From contig NC_043003.1 in the NCBI RefSeq assembly GCF_006345805.1, positions 24,552,001 through 24,616,000 on the forward strand: 64,000 nucleotides of DNA. Reading direction: 5' to 3'. Both the position numbers and the translations under genes were made by a program. The notes under the pieces are model-generated. The model was not told where the DNA came from and did no database searches. It saw nothing but the letters and a program-made list of their open reading frames with translations. Below are positions 1 to 11,496 of this stretch, piece by piece; the first letter of the stretch is position 1; the number at the start of each line of letters is the position of its first letter. The DNA is from Octopus sinensis (Eukaryota).

Positions 1-170
1 AAATTATACTCGATGCATGCACGTCTTGTTACGTCGACCAGTTTACAAACAGATACTAAACATCGTGATTATTTAAGATGTATGCATTATACACGTATCT
101 CTGTAGATTTATTTTCATAATTGGATTTTACTACAGTGCTTGTTACTGATATATCTAGTTGAATACATAC

Positions 171-225
171 ATAGTTTAAATTGCCGTGGTGGCTCGGTCT
201 TGGATTCTTTCTTCGATTTCTGCAT
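171..225 (-). CDS. Candidate first coding exon of a divergently transcribed gene (MQKSKKESKTEPPRQFKL-)
   Basis: ACCATGC start context preceded by TATTTAG (possible acceptor at 235) and followed by GTATGT donor at 170; product not recognised. Confidence 0.3.
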
Positions 226-1020
226 GGTAAAAACCTAAATACCCGCCGGTATGGAAGTGAAATAGTTATACATATAGGATGATAATGGTAATAATAAACT
301 CCAGATAAGCTGTGGCACATGTGAATAACAAACAACCGCTCAAGACAAAAAGTGTCGTTCGTTAATTGGCATAGCCTTAGTTTCGTAAAAGCCACATTTT
401 CACACACATATATACATGTGTATATATAGTTTAATCTACCGTTTGATTCAGTTTTGGTGTTTTCACTTTTATTTTCTACTACATATCAGATGAAAAAAAT
501 ATTTAAAAGGAAATTATGAAGAAAGTATTTTATCGAAAGAATTTTTAATTTCAGAGAAAATAAATATCGCATTCTCGTTTATTCTGTGGTAGAAAATATA
601 AAAACTTTCCTAATTGTCCTTAAAATTGTGTCATTTTATAATAAGGACTAAATAGAAATTATTAGAATAACCATTTCAAAACAAAAAATGTCATGGAATG
701 AAAATGGTTTTAATTTATTTAATTTAAATCATTTTGAAATTAAACCTGTTCTGTTGCTTTAAAAATTCCACGTACAGAAAATATCCAGTGCTTGGAAAAC
801 TTTAAGCAACAGATAAACACACGCACATGTAACAATTAACATAATACATATACATATATATACAACTTATAAAAGTCTGCTGCTTTTGATTTTCTTTGCC
901 ATTTAAATAATTATCAATTTAAACGTTTTATAAAATTTAAATATGCATATATATTTTTTCAAGCTAATTAAAATTATGAAATGTGTAAGGCGAATATTTT
1001 GCAACTAGCTTTGCTAAGTG

Positions 1021-1208
1021 TACATTGTGATTTCGACGTTGACAGCTCAGCAAATGTAGCAGTGAGTGTGGCAGGCGGCTTCGCGATTTCCTTGCTGTTT
1101 AAATGTCTGTTTTTGCTGTTTTATTTAGTTTATGCCACTGCTTAGGAAAGCTGTTTTAGTTTGTAACATTTTATTCTAGCTGTGATTAGTTTAAATTCAC
1201 CTGCCACA
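1021..1208 (+). other. Candidate ArfGAP1 5'UTR with short intron (donor GTGAGT at 1062, acceptor TTATTCTAG ending 1179)
   Basis: Consensus splice signals 118 nt apart just upstream of the ATG, in a locally CpG-rich stretch; the transcription start is not determinable. Confidence 0.45.
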
Positions 1209-1268
1209 ATGGCTAGTCCGCGAACCAGAAGAGTCTTGAAAGATCTCCGTATAAAGGATGGAAATACT
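1209..1268 (+). CDS. ARFGAP1: ADP-ribosylation factor GTPase-activating protein 1, coding exon 1 (MASPRTRRVLKDLRIKDGNT)
   Basis: ATG at 1209 in context GCCACAATGG; translation matches the ArfGAP1 N-terminus (human MASPRTRKVLKEVR...); ends at GTAAGA donor (1269), phase 0. Confidence 0.96.
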
Positions 1269-3298
1269 GTAAGATGTTTTTTAAATATTTCATCATTGTT
1301 TTTAAATCGTTTTGTTATATATATTTAACTGTAGATTTCTTCTTGTTAGATGTGAAACAAATAAATTCTATTTGTTACTCTGATTTTTTTTTTTTTTCTT
1401 TCCGCTATCCTAGTTCTGAAATGATAAACACTTTTTAACAAATTACATGTAAAGATCGTAGGCGTGCAGATAAAAGAAAGAAAGAAATTAAAGATCCCGT
1501 GGTTATAGACCTACAAGATGTATCTGAACTCCCCCGGAGCTAGATTTACTTACAATCAAAGCAACAGATTTCTAATCTAAACCACATGAACCTATTATTT
1601 TCCGCTCTTTTTCTGAATTTCCTTTTTTTTTCTACTTAAGCACACCACCCACATAATCCGGCCATTCATTGATAGTTAATGGGTTAAACAAAGCTTTTTT
1701 TTTTTATTCAATATTGTTCTTACTATCGTTTGAGGTTTATTATAATTAATTTGATCCTTTAAATATGCTACTGTGATCCATCTATATCTGTATTTCCTTG
1801 TGAACATATTACATCAATGTCTCCCATACAGTCGATTTGTTCTGTTGTCTTCTGTAGGTAGGTAGGTAGGTAGGATGTGTGACGGTGGGGGAAAGCACTC
1901 GCCTGTTAACAAAATCGAAAGCAACACAAACTTACCTTTCAGTTGCACCAGATGTTAGAACACGTTTCTATCTATCTTAGCGAACTATGTTTATTTACCC
2001 GTTATTCCAAATTAAATCGAACAATCACTAACATCTGGAAGGGTTTTATTTTCTCTTTTATTAAATATTCTTCAAAAAAAAATTAAACTGAAGCTATTAA
2101 GTCTGTTTGCCTCTATTCTTCGTATAACTGTAAGGTGATCTTGAAATATGTTAACTCGGCAATTTCGACAATTTATTCTCTTGGAAAATGTTATTTGTCA
2201 GATTTTTTTCTAAAATATTCATCTGTTCTATGGATATTCTTTCCTTCCTTCCCATACCTTTCTTGTCATCGAAAAGACAGATTGCCAAACACGACCACTT
2301 CCTCTGTAGTGGTTGACACGTGAAAGGAATTCGTCATATATCACACTGGTTTAGAGTCGTTTCTAATTTGGTTAATCAAAAATACCCCATATATATATAT
2401 ACACATATATATATATATATACATACATACACACACATCTAAATGTGTGTCTCATTTCCACGTATTTGATTTTACATTGGTATTCGGCGATTGAAGAAAA
2501 TCTTTCGAGTTTTCTTGGATATTTTTGTTTAAACTGATAATTTGTATAAATTTGGATAAATATATTGTACTAGTTTTCCGCATTATTTATTTGTTTATCT
2601 TATAAATTAATCTACACGGTCATACTCTGAAAATTTATGTAACTAGTGTATATTATTAAGCTAGGGGAGTTTCCGACTACCCGTTGTAGATTTACTTAAT
2701 AAAGAAAATCAATATTATAATGATTTGATTTCCTATAGTTTATAGTGAGTAGATACACGCGGGCGGTGGTACTCGCTCGCAGACATATAGATATGTTTGT
2801 ATGTATGTGTGTGTGTGTGAAGAGAGAAACATCCACGTATGTCTGATGTATTTCACTCAACGGAATCCAAAGGCTGTCAGGAAATGACGCCTTAAAGAAT
2901 TAGCTTGTTTTTCCGTAGTGTCAACCTTGAAAGACAAAACACCCACACACCTAGATATAATACGAGTGTGTTTATATTAATATATATATATATATCCACC
3001 TCATGTTGTTATTTGTAAGCTAAACGTTTTCTTGATTCTTAAATTTCAGGAATTACGTTAGCAGATTTCTTCGTTGACATTTTGCAACAAGTTGTCTTGT
3101 CATATGGATCGGATTGAACCAGGTTAATTGGTTGGTCCTACATACCTTTGGACATTTTGTTTCAGATTAAAAAGAAAAAAAAGGCACATTCAGTGTGTGT
3201 GTGTGTGTGTCGATTGACAATTTCGGTTGTCGGGTTGAGAGATCTGGGTGTTTTCACTCTTTGACGACCTTGTGTCCTGTGTGTGTGTGTTTTGTTAT

Positions 3299-3444
3299 TT
3301 TGGTCGAGTCAGTCTCTTGCTACTCTGGATGTCACCCGTGTGTGCACAGGATCCTTAGACAAGTTATGTCTTATCTTAGCTTGTCTGAAGATGATGTGCA
3401 CACAGAGGCGACCTCCAGAATAACAAGAGACTCACTCGACCAAA
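3299..3444. repeat. Imperfect inverted repeat, 50-bp arms (3299-3348 / 3395-3444)
   Basis: 43 of 50 Watson-Crick pairs by manual alignment, plus an inner 7-bp stem AGACAAG/CTTGTCT. Confidence 0.9.
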
Positions 3445-3729
3445 TACAATACATTATTAATCTCTACCATGTTATTGAGTACTGACCCCCACCGCAGTCA
3501 ACATACACACAATCAATATATACATAGTTGTTTTGTTTCGTCATTTGTTCACTCCTTGATCTCATTGAGAGCAGTCTGGGATCGTCGTACACTCTTCGCC
3601 TTCTTGTACTAATTTTTCATGTATGTTTTCGAATATTAGAAATTAAAAATCTGCCGGATTTTCATTTATAAAAAGCAAAAACTGAATCTATTGTCTTATT
3701 TTATTTGTTTTGTGACCATATGGCTTTTA

Positions 3730-3813
3730 TATGAAATTTTCAAATAATATTAAGACTTTCTATGCTGAGATTATGAAATTTTCAAATAATATTAAGACTT
3801 TCTATGCTGAGAT
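3730..3813. repeat. Perfect 42-bp tandem duplication
   Basis: TATGAAATTTTCAAATAATATTAAGACTTTCTATGCTGAGAT occurs twice in a row. Confidence 0.95.
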
Positions 3814-4170
3814 CCCAAAAACTTTGTTCTGTGCCCGTTCACTGAATGGTAATTAGTGCTGAAGAAGCAAGAAAACGGTAGTACTATCAATACTGTCGCG
3901 GTATTTAAACGCCAATTTAAACCATATTGTTCCAATCTATCTTCAAAATATAGTTTTGCTTGGCATATATTTCAGTGTTGTTCATTACTTTTTCTGAATT
4001 AAAATTTTCTTCGTTATTTTTTCTTCATATTTTAAAAACTTTATTTTATTACTTTTTAAAAAATATATCTAGGTCTTATTATGTAATTAATAAGCTCGGA
4101 ACACAGTAACAAAAATCAGGGCTTGACTCTCTCTTTCTCTACCTATCTGTCTATATATATATATATATAT

Positions 4171-4229
<59 letters not shown>

Positions 4230-5224
4230 AAAAGTCACAGGAGCTTTGTCCGGGTGTTTTGTCGTAGGTGGGTTTTGTCTGGATCCCATAAATTAATTGT
4301 GACTTTTTTTCCTAGCCAAAATTGTGACTTTGTTACTGTGACTTGTTTTCCCGGTCACCATATATATATAGAGAGACAGACAGACGTACAGGATGTTTCA
4401 TTTTGTAATTTACAAACTCAAGGGTACTTGCCCATCTTTAAATGTACTTGTTCCAGTCCTAGCTATTTTCCTATCAAAATATATCCCCTCATTATGAGAC
4501 ACCCTCTGTGTGTGTGTGTGTGTGTGTATGTGCTGAATGTACATGGTCTGAAATTCCACCGAACAAAGGGTTCACGCCTTTTTCTTCTTTTTTGTTTGAC
4601 CTACTCCTTCATTCAAACAAATTATACCTTCGACTACATCATCTTCAGTGTCCTTCCTTGAAAAAGAGTCGGAAGTATAGGGTAGTTTGTAATTGGCTTT
4701 CGCTAGTCGGTCGTGTGACAACTTAAGAGGTTCCTTCTCTTGTGTAATGTATGTGTTGATTCCAAACTCTGTCGACGAGTCAGCCAACCAACCATATTTG
4801 CTGCCTCCGCAAGAGGCCGGTTCTTGTATTATATAATTTTTAAAACTACCGTTGTTGGCTGTTATCATCTCTCAGCTTTTAATTCGTGTCATTTACCTTC
4901 CTGTTTCCTTTTTTCTCTCGACTCAACAAATGTCTTACATTTTGAGACTAAAATTACCCCGTTGTCGTGGATTCTGTAATTCAATCCAAAGTCGAAAAGT
5001 TCTACGAAATATCCTGATTAGTTATATATATATATATAGCTTTTTTTTGTTTTTGTTTTACATTTGTCAACCTTTTAAAATGTCAGTTATTTTTAATCCT
5101 ATCATAATTGTTACAAAAAGACATATGTTTGAAATTCACTGAATGTTTGTACTTTTTCTAAGTCATTTCTTCCAGCCAACATGGAAATGGACTTTAATTC
5201 TCCAAGACATTATTATTACATTGC

Positions 5225-6215
5225 TGAAGCGGCAAGCCCAACAAAATGCTTGGTGGCATTTCTTCCAGCTTTACATTCTGAGTTCAAATGCCGCTAAGGT
5301 CAGCTTTGCCTTTCATCTTTCTGGAGTCGATAAAATAAAGTACTGGTCAAATACTGAGTTCAATGTAATTGACTATTTCTCTCCCCCACTAAAACTGTTG
5401 ACCTGGTATCAAAATTTGAAACCACTATTGCATTGTTGCAAACCTCACAATAATATTGATTTCAAATTTTAGCACAAGGCCAGCAATTTCGGGGGAGCAG
5501 GTAAGATGATTAGTGTTCAACTGGTACTTATTTTATCAACCCCCAGAGTATGAAAGGCAAAGTCAACCTTGATAGAATTTGAACTCAAAACATAAAGATG
5601 GACAAAATGGCACGCTAGTGATTCTGCCAGCCCACTGCCTACTCCTAACAGTAATATTAAGATAGCCAATTAGTAGAGACATTAGAGTGTGTTAGACAGA
5701 ATGCTTTGCTGTAATTGTTATGGACTTCTGCATTCTGAGTTCAAATTCCACCAAAGTGGACTTTGCCTTTCATTCTTTTGGGATCTGTAAGTAAAGACCC
5801 AGTCCCATGCTAGGGTCAGTCCACTAATTTTCCTGTCTTTCTTACACTCTATCTGGAAGAAATCAGCTCTGGTCAGACTTAGAGAGGGATGGGCTCCACC
5901 AGGTACCGAAAATTCCCAAGACGTTCCACATGTCATGATAGTGCCTTGCAACTCAAGAAAATGTTAGTCGCAAGTCAAAGCAACAGTAATATTGGTTTCA
6001 AATTTTGGCACGAGGCCAGCAATTTCGAGGGAGTGGGTAAGTCAATCATGTCAACTCCAGTGCTCAACTGGTACTTATTTTATCAACCATGAAAGGACGA
6101 AGGGCAAAGTCAGCCTTGGTGCCAATTGAATTCAAAATGTAAAGACAGACGAAATGCCGCTAAGCATTTTGCCTGGCATACAATTGCTTCTGCCAACCCA
6201 CTACCCTTGAGGCAG
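5225..6215. mobile_element. Cluster of four decayed tRNA-derived Nin/Deu-domain-like SINE copies in alternating orientation (about 5225-5422 +, 5463-5640 -, 5690-5850 +, 5990-6210 -)
   Basis: GAGTTCAAAT B-box followed by GGTCAACTTTGCCTTTCATC...GATAAAATAAGTAC core, and reverse complements of the same. Confidence 0.75.
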
Positions 6216-7112
6216 CAGTAATATTATCTGTTAATTTTGTCACCAGACATTCTTTTAATAATATTCAGATTTTTTTTTTCATTTTTTTGCTGAAATTTTA
6301 AAAGTTACCCATAAGAAATGTTAACTATGTCAGACGTTCAACCCCTACTAAGCCCCTCACTAATTATCATGTTCAGATTTTCCTTCCAAGAACATCAGCC
6401 TCCTAGAATTCCCTCCCTACTCATGCCTTTCCCACAGGTGTTTACTTACTAAGATTCAAGAGGAACATTATTAGCATCAGTCTTTTAGTCTAAGAGTACC
6501 TGTGAAGGTAATAGGCACTGCCTTTCATGCAGACTCACTAGGTGAAAAAGGAAAAGATGAGAAGCAGAGGTTGTTACAGTAGCTGTGTAAGAAGCAGTGA
6601 AGTGCTTGTGGAGCAAAGATTGGAGTGTATTGGCAAATGTTTTAGATGTGATCTAGGATCTTTTTGTGCGTGTCACGTTAGCACCATTCCTGATGCAAGA
6701 CTAATGTTTCATGGTGGGCCTTATTTAAGGTTGTCAGAGTTATCACTTGTTCAGAGCTGAAATGTTTTTACATTCTCTGAAGGGAACAGTTTTCTATTGT
6801 CATTCAAACTGCTAGAAATAGCAGCCAAATCTCTCTCAAATTATTCCCTTGAAATGCTGAGATTCACCCAACCCTTAGGTACTCATTAGATTTTGTAAAG
6901 TGGTTGATGATAAAAAAAAAAGCCTCCAGCCATACACAGTTATGCACCAAAAATAAAATATGCAAAGTGTAGACTTCATAAGTTCTTCAAGGTCCATATT
7001 TTTCACAGGAAACTGAAAATGGAGGGACATAGCTTGTATGACAGTGACACTGGTTTAAAACTGACAAGATACCAAGACAAGTTGACACACATGCACATAG
7101 AGAGCAGTTGGC

Positions 7113-7234
7113 ATATATCGTTCCATATCGGTTATCTCTGATGAGTATAGGGTTATATAATCAGATTGTTACCTAACACTCCTTTGTACTCCTAGTGCGA
7201 AACCAACTGGTAAGATCAGCTGTAATGGATATAT
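7113..7234 (+). ncRNA. Type I hammerhead ribozyme motif (intron 1, sense strand); predicted cleavage after A7212
   Basis: CTGATGA 7138-7144; stem II GTATAGG/CCTAGTGC with one bulge; GAAA 7199-7202; stem III ACCA-AC-TGGT 7202-7211; GUA triplet; stem I CGGTTATCT (7129-7137) / AGAT-C-AGCTG (7213-7222), extended by TCCAT/ATGGA and ATATA/TATAT. Confidence 0.75.
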
Positions 7235-8019
7235 AATATTGTACACTTTGGATTGTGTGTGTTTGCGTCTGTGATTGTCCCACCACCACTACTTGAAAAC
7301 CAGTGCTGATGTGTTTATGTCCCCATAGCTTAATGGTTCAGCAAAAATGACTGATAGAATAAGTACCAGGCTTTACAAATAAGTCCTGAGGTTGGTTCTT
7401 TCAACTAACAATTCTTCAAGATGGTGCCCCAGCATGGCCACAGTCTAATGACTGAAACAAGTTAAACATAAAAGGTACATATACACAATGGGCTTCTTTC
7501 AGTTTCCCTCAACCAAATTCACTCTCAAGGTATTGGTCAACCACTGGCTATGGTAGAAGACACTTGCCTAGGGTGCCATGCTGTGGAGCTGAACCCAAAG
7601 CCACATTATTGGGAAGCAGACATTTTAACTACACAGATTTGCCTAGTTAAATCTGAAGGAGATTTCACTGCCATTTCTAACTGGTTCACTAGTTGCATAG
7701 GACAGGTTCCATTGTTAGTGTGTAACATTTAAGATAGAATACCTCCAATATTCACATTAGAATCCTTAATATTAACTGCAACCTCTGTATTCTAGCAAAT
7801 GTCTTGAAACATTCTTTTATAAACTGAGCTTCCAGCCTATATTCCTTAATGCAAATGTTGTTTAATTCTGATTAAACTGGCCTAGAACATCTGAAGGTGT
7901 TTTAGTCATGCCCACCTGTCTTATGTTCAAACATATTGAATCTAAGACTGTTGTCTGAATTGAACCCTGTTTAGTGTAATTTGAGGGAGATTTGGCTATT
8001 ATTTCTAGCAAATTCAATA

Positions 8020-8530
8020 CCGTAAATCCTCGAGTATAATCCACATTTTTTTCCCAAAATTTAGAGGTCAAATTCCTTAGTGCGTACTAGATATGAGGTT
8101 AAAAATGAAAAATATTTTCTAAGCAATGTCCGAGTCTCGATTTGCTGTCTGACAATGTTTATTTAGACGCATTTTGTGATGTTGGGGTGAAAATACCTTA
8201 AGTTAAGCCTGAAAGCAATCAAGTCATAAAAGAATCATCCGTAACTTGCAGTAAGCAACATTTATTAAACGTTATTACTGTTATTTCTTTATTTTCTGCA
8301 AACAAAATGCACAAAAAAGCTACACGTTTGCATTATGTTATATATACAATAATGATAAAGGACATTACCGTATACATTTTTACAAACCAAGGACGTTATA
8401 TAGACCGCCTTGACTCAAGTTAGAGAAGGGGTGCGTATTATACACAGGGTTTAGGTTTTTCAGAGGTACAGCCCCCTAAAAATCCCCTGCGTATTATACT
8501 CAAGGGCGGACTATACTCGAGGATTTACTG
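8020..8530. mobile_element. Non-autonomous Tc1/mariner-superfamily (pogo-like) element, 511 bp
   Basis: TIRs CCGTAAATCCTCGAGTATAATCC / GGACTATACTCGAGGATTTACTG, flanked by TA at 8018 and 8531. Confidence 0.85.
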
Positions 8531-9414
8531 TAACTATAAATGCTAAGACAGCCAGCTAGCAGAAGCATTTGCATGCCAGGCAAAATTCTTAGCGGCATTT
8601 CATCTGTTTTTATGTTCTGAGTTCAAATTTCGTCACGGTCTGCTTTGCCTTTCATCTTTCATAAAATAACCAGTCGAACCCTGGGGTTGGTATAATCGAC
8701 TTACCCCATCCCCCAAAATTGCTGGATTTGTGCCAAAATTTGAAACCAGTAACTGTAGATGCCTTTCTTCTGGTTTATCTGTGTTGATATGTTCCAGTAT
8801 ATAACAGGTGTCTCTCTTATGAACTCTGGGAGGAGCCTCTGTGCTTGACCTACTAGAAATAGTAGCGAAATCTCCTTTGAATTATAGCCTACCATCTTAA
8901 AACAGAATAGGGACCTTGGATAATACAGTCATAGATATCCCCAAAGTATATGTCAGGATTGTCATGGATAGAAAACCTTTCTGCTTGGTAAGGGTTGACC
9001 TTGAGCCGAACAATAATTGTTTGACAGTACAAAAATTAATATACAGATTAGAGATTTGAGTGTTGTAACTGAGTCTAGGATATTTACCCCCTAGTGGGCA
9101 ATAACCCACCAAGGACAACAGATGATGATTTAAAACTTCTTAATATATTGGAGAGGGGGTAATTAACCACGGGTGGGATAGTTGTCGTTGGGGGGAATTG
9201 TCCTCATACGGTTGTAACCATAGTTATGTAAGTCAATTAAATAATTAAATAAAATTTTGTAAACAATTTTGTCTAGTTTTTATGAAGTTTTTTCCATAGA
9301 TATTTATGAACTAGAATTGCTTTATCCAACATGTCTGTCTGATTTTTCTTTGTGTGTGTGTGGAGGTTTTTGCAGGGCTTTTTAAATAGTAAGGTGTGTA
9401 TACATATTCATATA

Positions 9415-9795
9415 GTGAAGGCACATGGCTCAATGATTAGAGCATTGAGCTTATGATCATGAGGTTGAGAGTTTGATTCCCGGACCTGGCTGCATTTTGT
9501 GTTCTTGAGCAAGATACTTTATTTCACTCAGTTATTTCACTCCAGTTCACTCAGCTGTAGAAATGAGTTGCGATGTCAATGGTGCCAAGCTGTATTGGCC
9601 CTTGCCTTTCCCTTGGATAACATCAGTGGCATGGAATGGGGAGGCTGGTATACATGGGCAACTGCTGGTTTTCCATAGAAACAACTTTAGGTTGTGCAAT
9701 CACCAGTGAGGCAACTTTCTGCCCAGACTTGTACCCCAGAGGGGAACCTCTTAGGTGCACCCATGGTCATTTTTGACCAATGGAGTTAAGTTTCT
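9415..9795 (+). mobile_element. tRNA-head SINE with CORE-like segment (related copy about 20181-20585)
   Basis: A-box TGGCTCAATGATTAGAGC, degenerate B-box, TGTGTTCTTGAGCAAGATAC segment; 11-bp TSD ATATTCATATA at 9404 and 9796. Confidence 0.75.
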
Positions 9796-10168
9796 ATATT
9801 CATATATTTAAGCAGTAGAGAAAGCTACGTGAGATAACGTGGTCCTGACTACATCTAAAAATTTCTATGATCATAGCAGAAACACCTTTTGGTCACGATT
9901 GACATGAAGTTAAACAACAACCACTTGGCAGTATAAAAATTAAAAGGAAAATTTCAGGGATGCAAACACAGAAATAAAGAAGCTGGAATAGTCATGGCTG
10001 GAGCACTTTTTGATCAGAGGTTTGCTCAATCAGGAGAGTCAATAGCATTTTTTTTTTTTTTTTTCCATGAATGTGTTTCATATCAGTTTACAAGTTTTTA
10101 TGTAGAATATGTGTTCCAGTTAATAATATTCGAGTTGTGATTAAGGTAGCGAATTGACAGAATCATTA

Positions 10169-10583
10169 AGGTGGCAAGCTGGCAGAATCGTTAGCACACC
10201 GGGCGAAATGCTTAGCAGTGTTTTGTCTGCCGTTACGTTCTGAGTTCAAATTGCGCTGAGGTCAACTTTGCCTTTCATCCTTCGGGGTCAATTAAATAAG
10301 TACCAGTTATGCACTGGGGTCGATATAATCGACTTAATCCATCTGTCTGTCCTTGTTTGTCCCTTCTGTATTTAGCCCCTTGTGGGTAGTAAAGAAATAG
10401 GTATTTTGTCTGCCATTATGTTCTGAGTTCAAATTCCGCCAAGATCAACTTTGCCTTTCATCCTTTTGGGGTCGATAAATTAAGTACCAGTTGCATACTG
10501 GTGTCGATGTAATTGACTTAATCTCTTTTTCTGTCCTTGTTTGTCCCCTCTATGTTTAGCCCCCTGTGGGCAGTAAAGAAATA
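10169..10583 (+). mobile_element. Nin/Deu-like SINE dimer inserted into the head of an older SINE (about 10143-10790)
   Basis: Full-head unit plus headless unit joined at AAATAG|GTATTT (10400/10401); 10-bp TSD AGAATCATTA at 10159 and 10584. Confidence 0.9.
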
Positions 10584-11496
10584 AGAATCATTAGCACACT
10601 GAGCAAAATGGTTTGTGGCATTTCATGTCCTCACGTTCTGAGATCAAATTCTGCCAGGCTTGACTATGCCTTTCATCCTTTTGGGGTCAATAAAATAAGT
10701 ACCAATCTATCACTGGGGATCGATGTAATCAATTATCCCCCTCCCAGAAACTGCTGGTCTTGTGCCAAAATTTGAAATCAATATTTTAGTGTTGTGGTTA
10801 AGGTGGAAAAATGATTAGTGGCACTTACGTTCTGAGTTCAAATTCTGCCTGGGTTGATTTTTGTCTTCTATCCTTTCAGGATTGATAAAATAAGCACCAG
10901 TTGAGCCCTGGGGGTCAATGTAATCGATTTACACCCTTCTCACTGAACTTCGGGGTTGATAAAATAAGTACCTGTTAATCGACTTGCTCCCCTCCCTGAA
11001 CTTGCTGGCTTTGTGCCAAAATTTGAAACCAGTATTAGTATTGTTGATAAGTCTCATATCAGCCCAAATCACAGACCATGTTGTCTTAAGATTAACTTCC
11101 TGGAAGCTGAGTAAGATTGGCAAACATGGCCAAGTTGAATGTGTTTGCACCAAATATGCCCCTGCAAGCCCTGTGAGGAATTTTTTAATAGAGCCCTTGC
11201 CTCTGATAGTGAATGAAATACAGGGTTTGTGAGAGGTTCCCTGTTTAGTCCATATTGGCAATTCTCCTTTTGGGGCATATCTTACATTTTTACTCTTAAC
11301 CCCCATGCTATGACATTCCCCCACCTCTCTTTTTATGTAATTTTGTTCAATGATCAAAGGCATTCCAGGCATCATCTTCTTATCTTTTCGTACATCCATG
11401 GCTACATTGCCCTAAGTGTCCTTTATTTAAAATGGTAGTGAGTGCTTTGGAGAAGATTTGGCTGCTATTTCTAATAGATCAAGTGATCAGCTAGAC

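Noticed and set aside
87-407. 106-aa minus-strand ORF
   Set aside because: No recognisable homology; a different frame with better splice and start signals is a more plausible exon.
1949-2038. 11-bp inverted repeat CCAGATGTTAG / CTAACATCTGG
   Set aside because: Too short, with no TSD or second copy, to call a MITE.
4226-4360. Short TGTGACTT repeats and GGGTTTTGTC motifs (similar GGGGGTAATT motifs at about 9080-9210)
   Set aside because: Suggestive of DNA-transposon subterminal repeats, but ends and superfamily could not be defined.
9572-9670. HDV-like ribozyme hint in a SINE tail (GATGTCA...GCC-TTTCCCTT-GGA-TAACATC)
   Set aside because: P3 has a mismatch, P2 is not adjacent to P3, and the second copy at about 20400-20490 loses the P1 pairing.
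10169-10240. tRNA-like heads with A and B boxes throughout the window
   Set aside because: No complete cloverleaf or acceptor stem; each continues into a SINE body, so none is called a tRNA gene.
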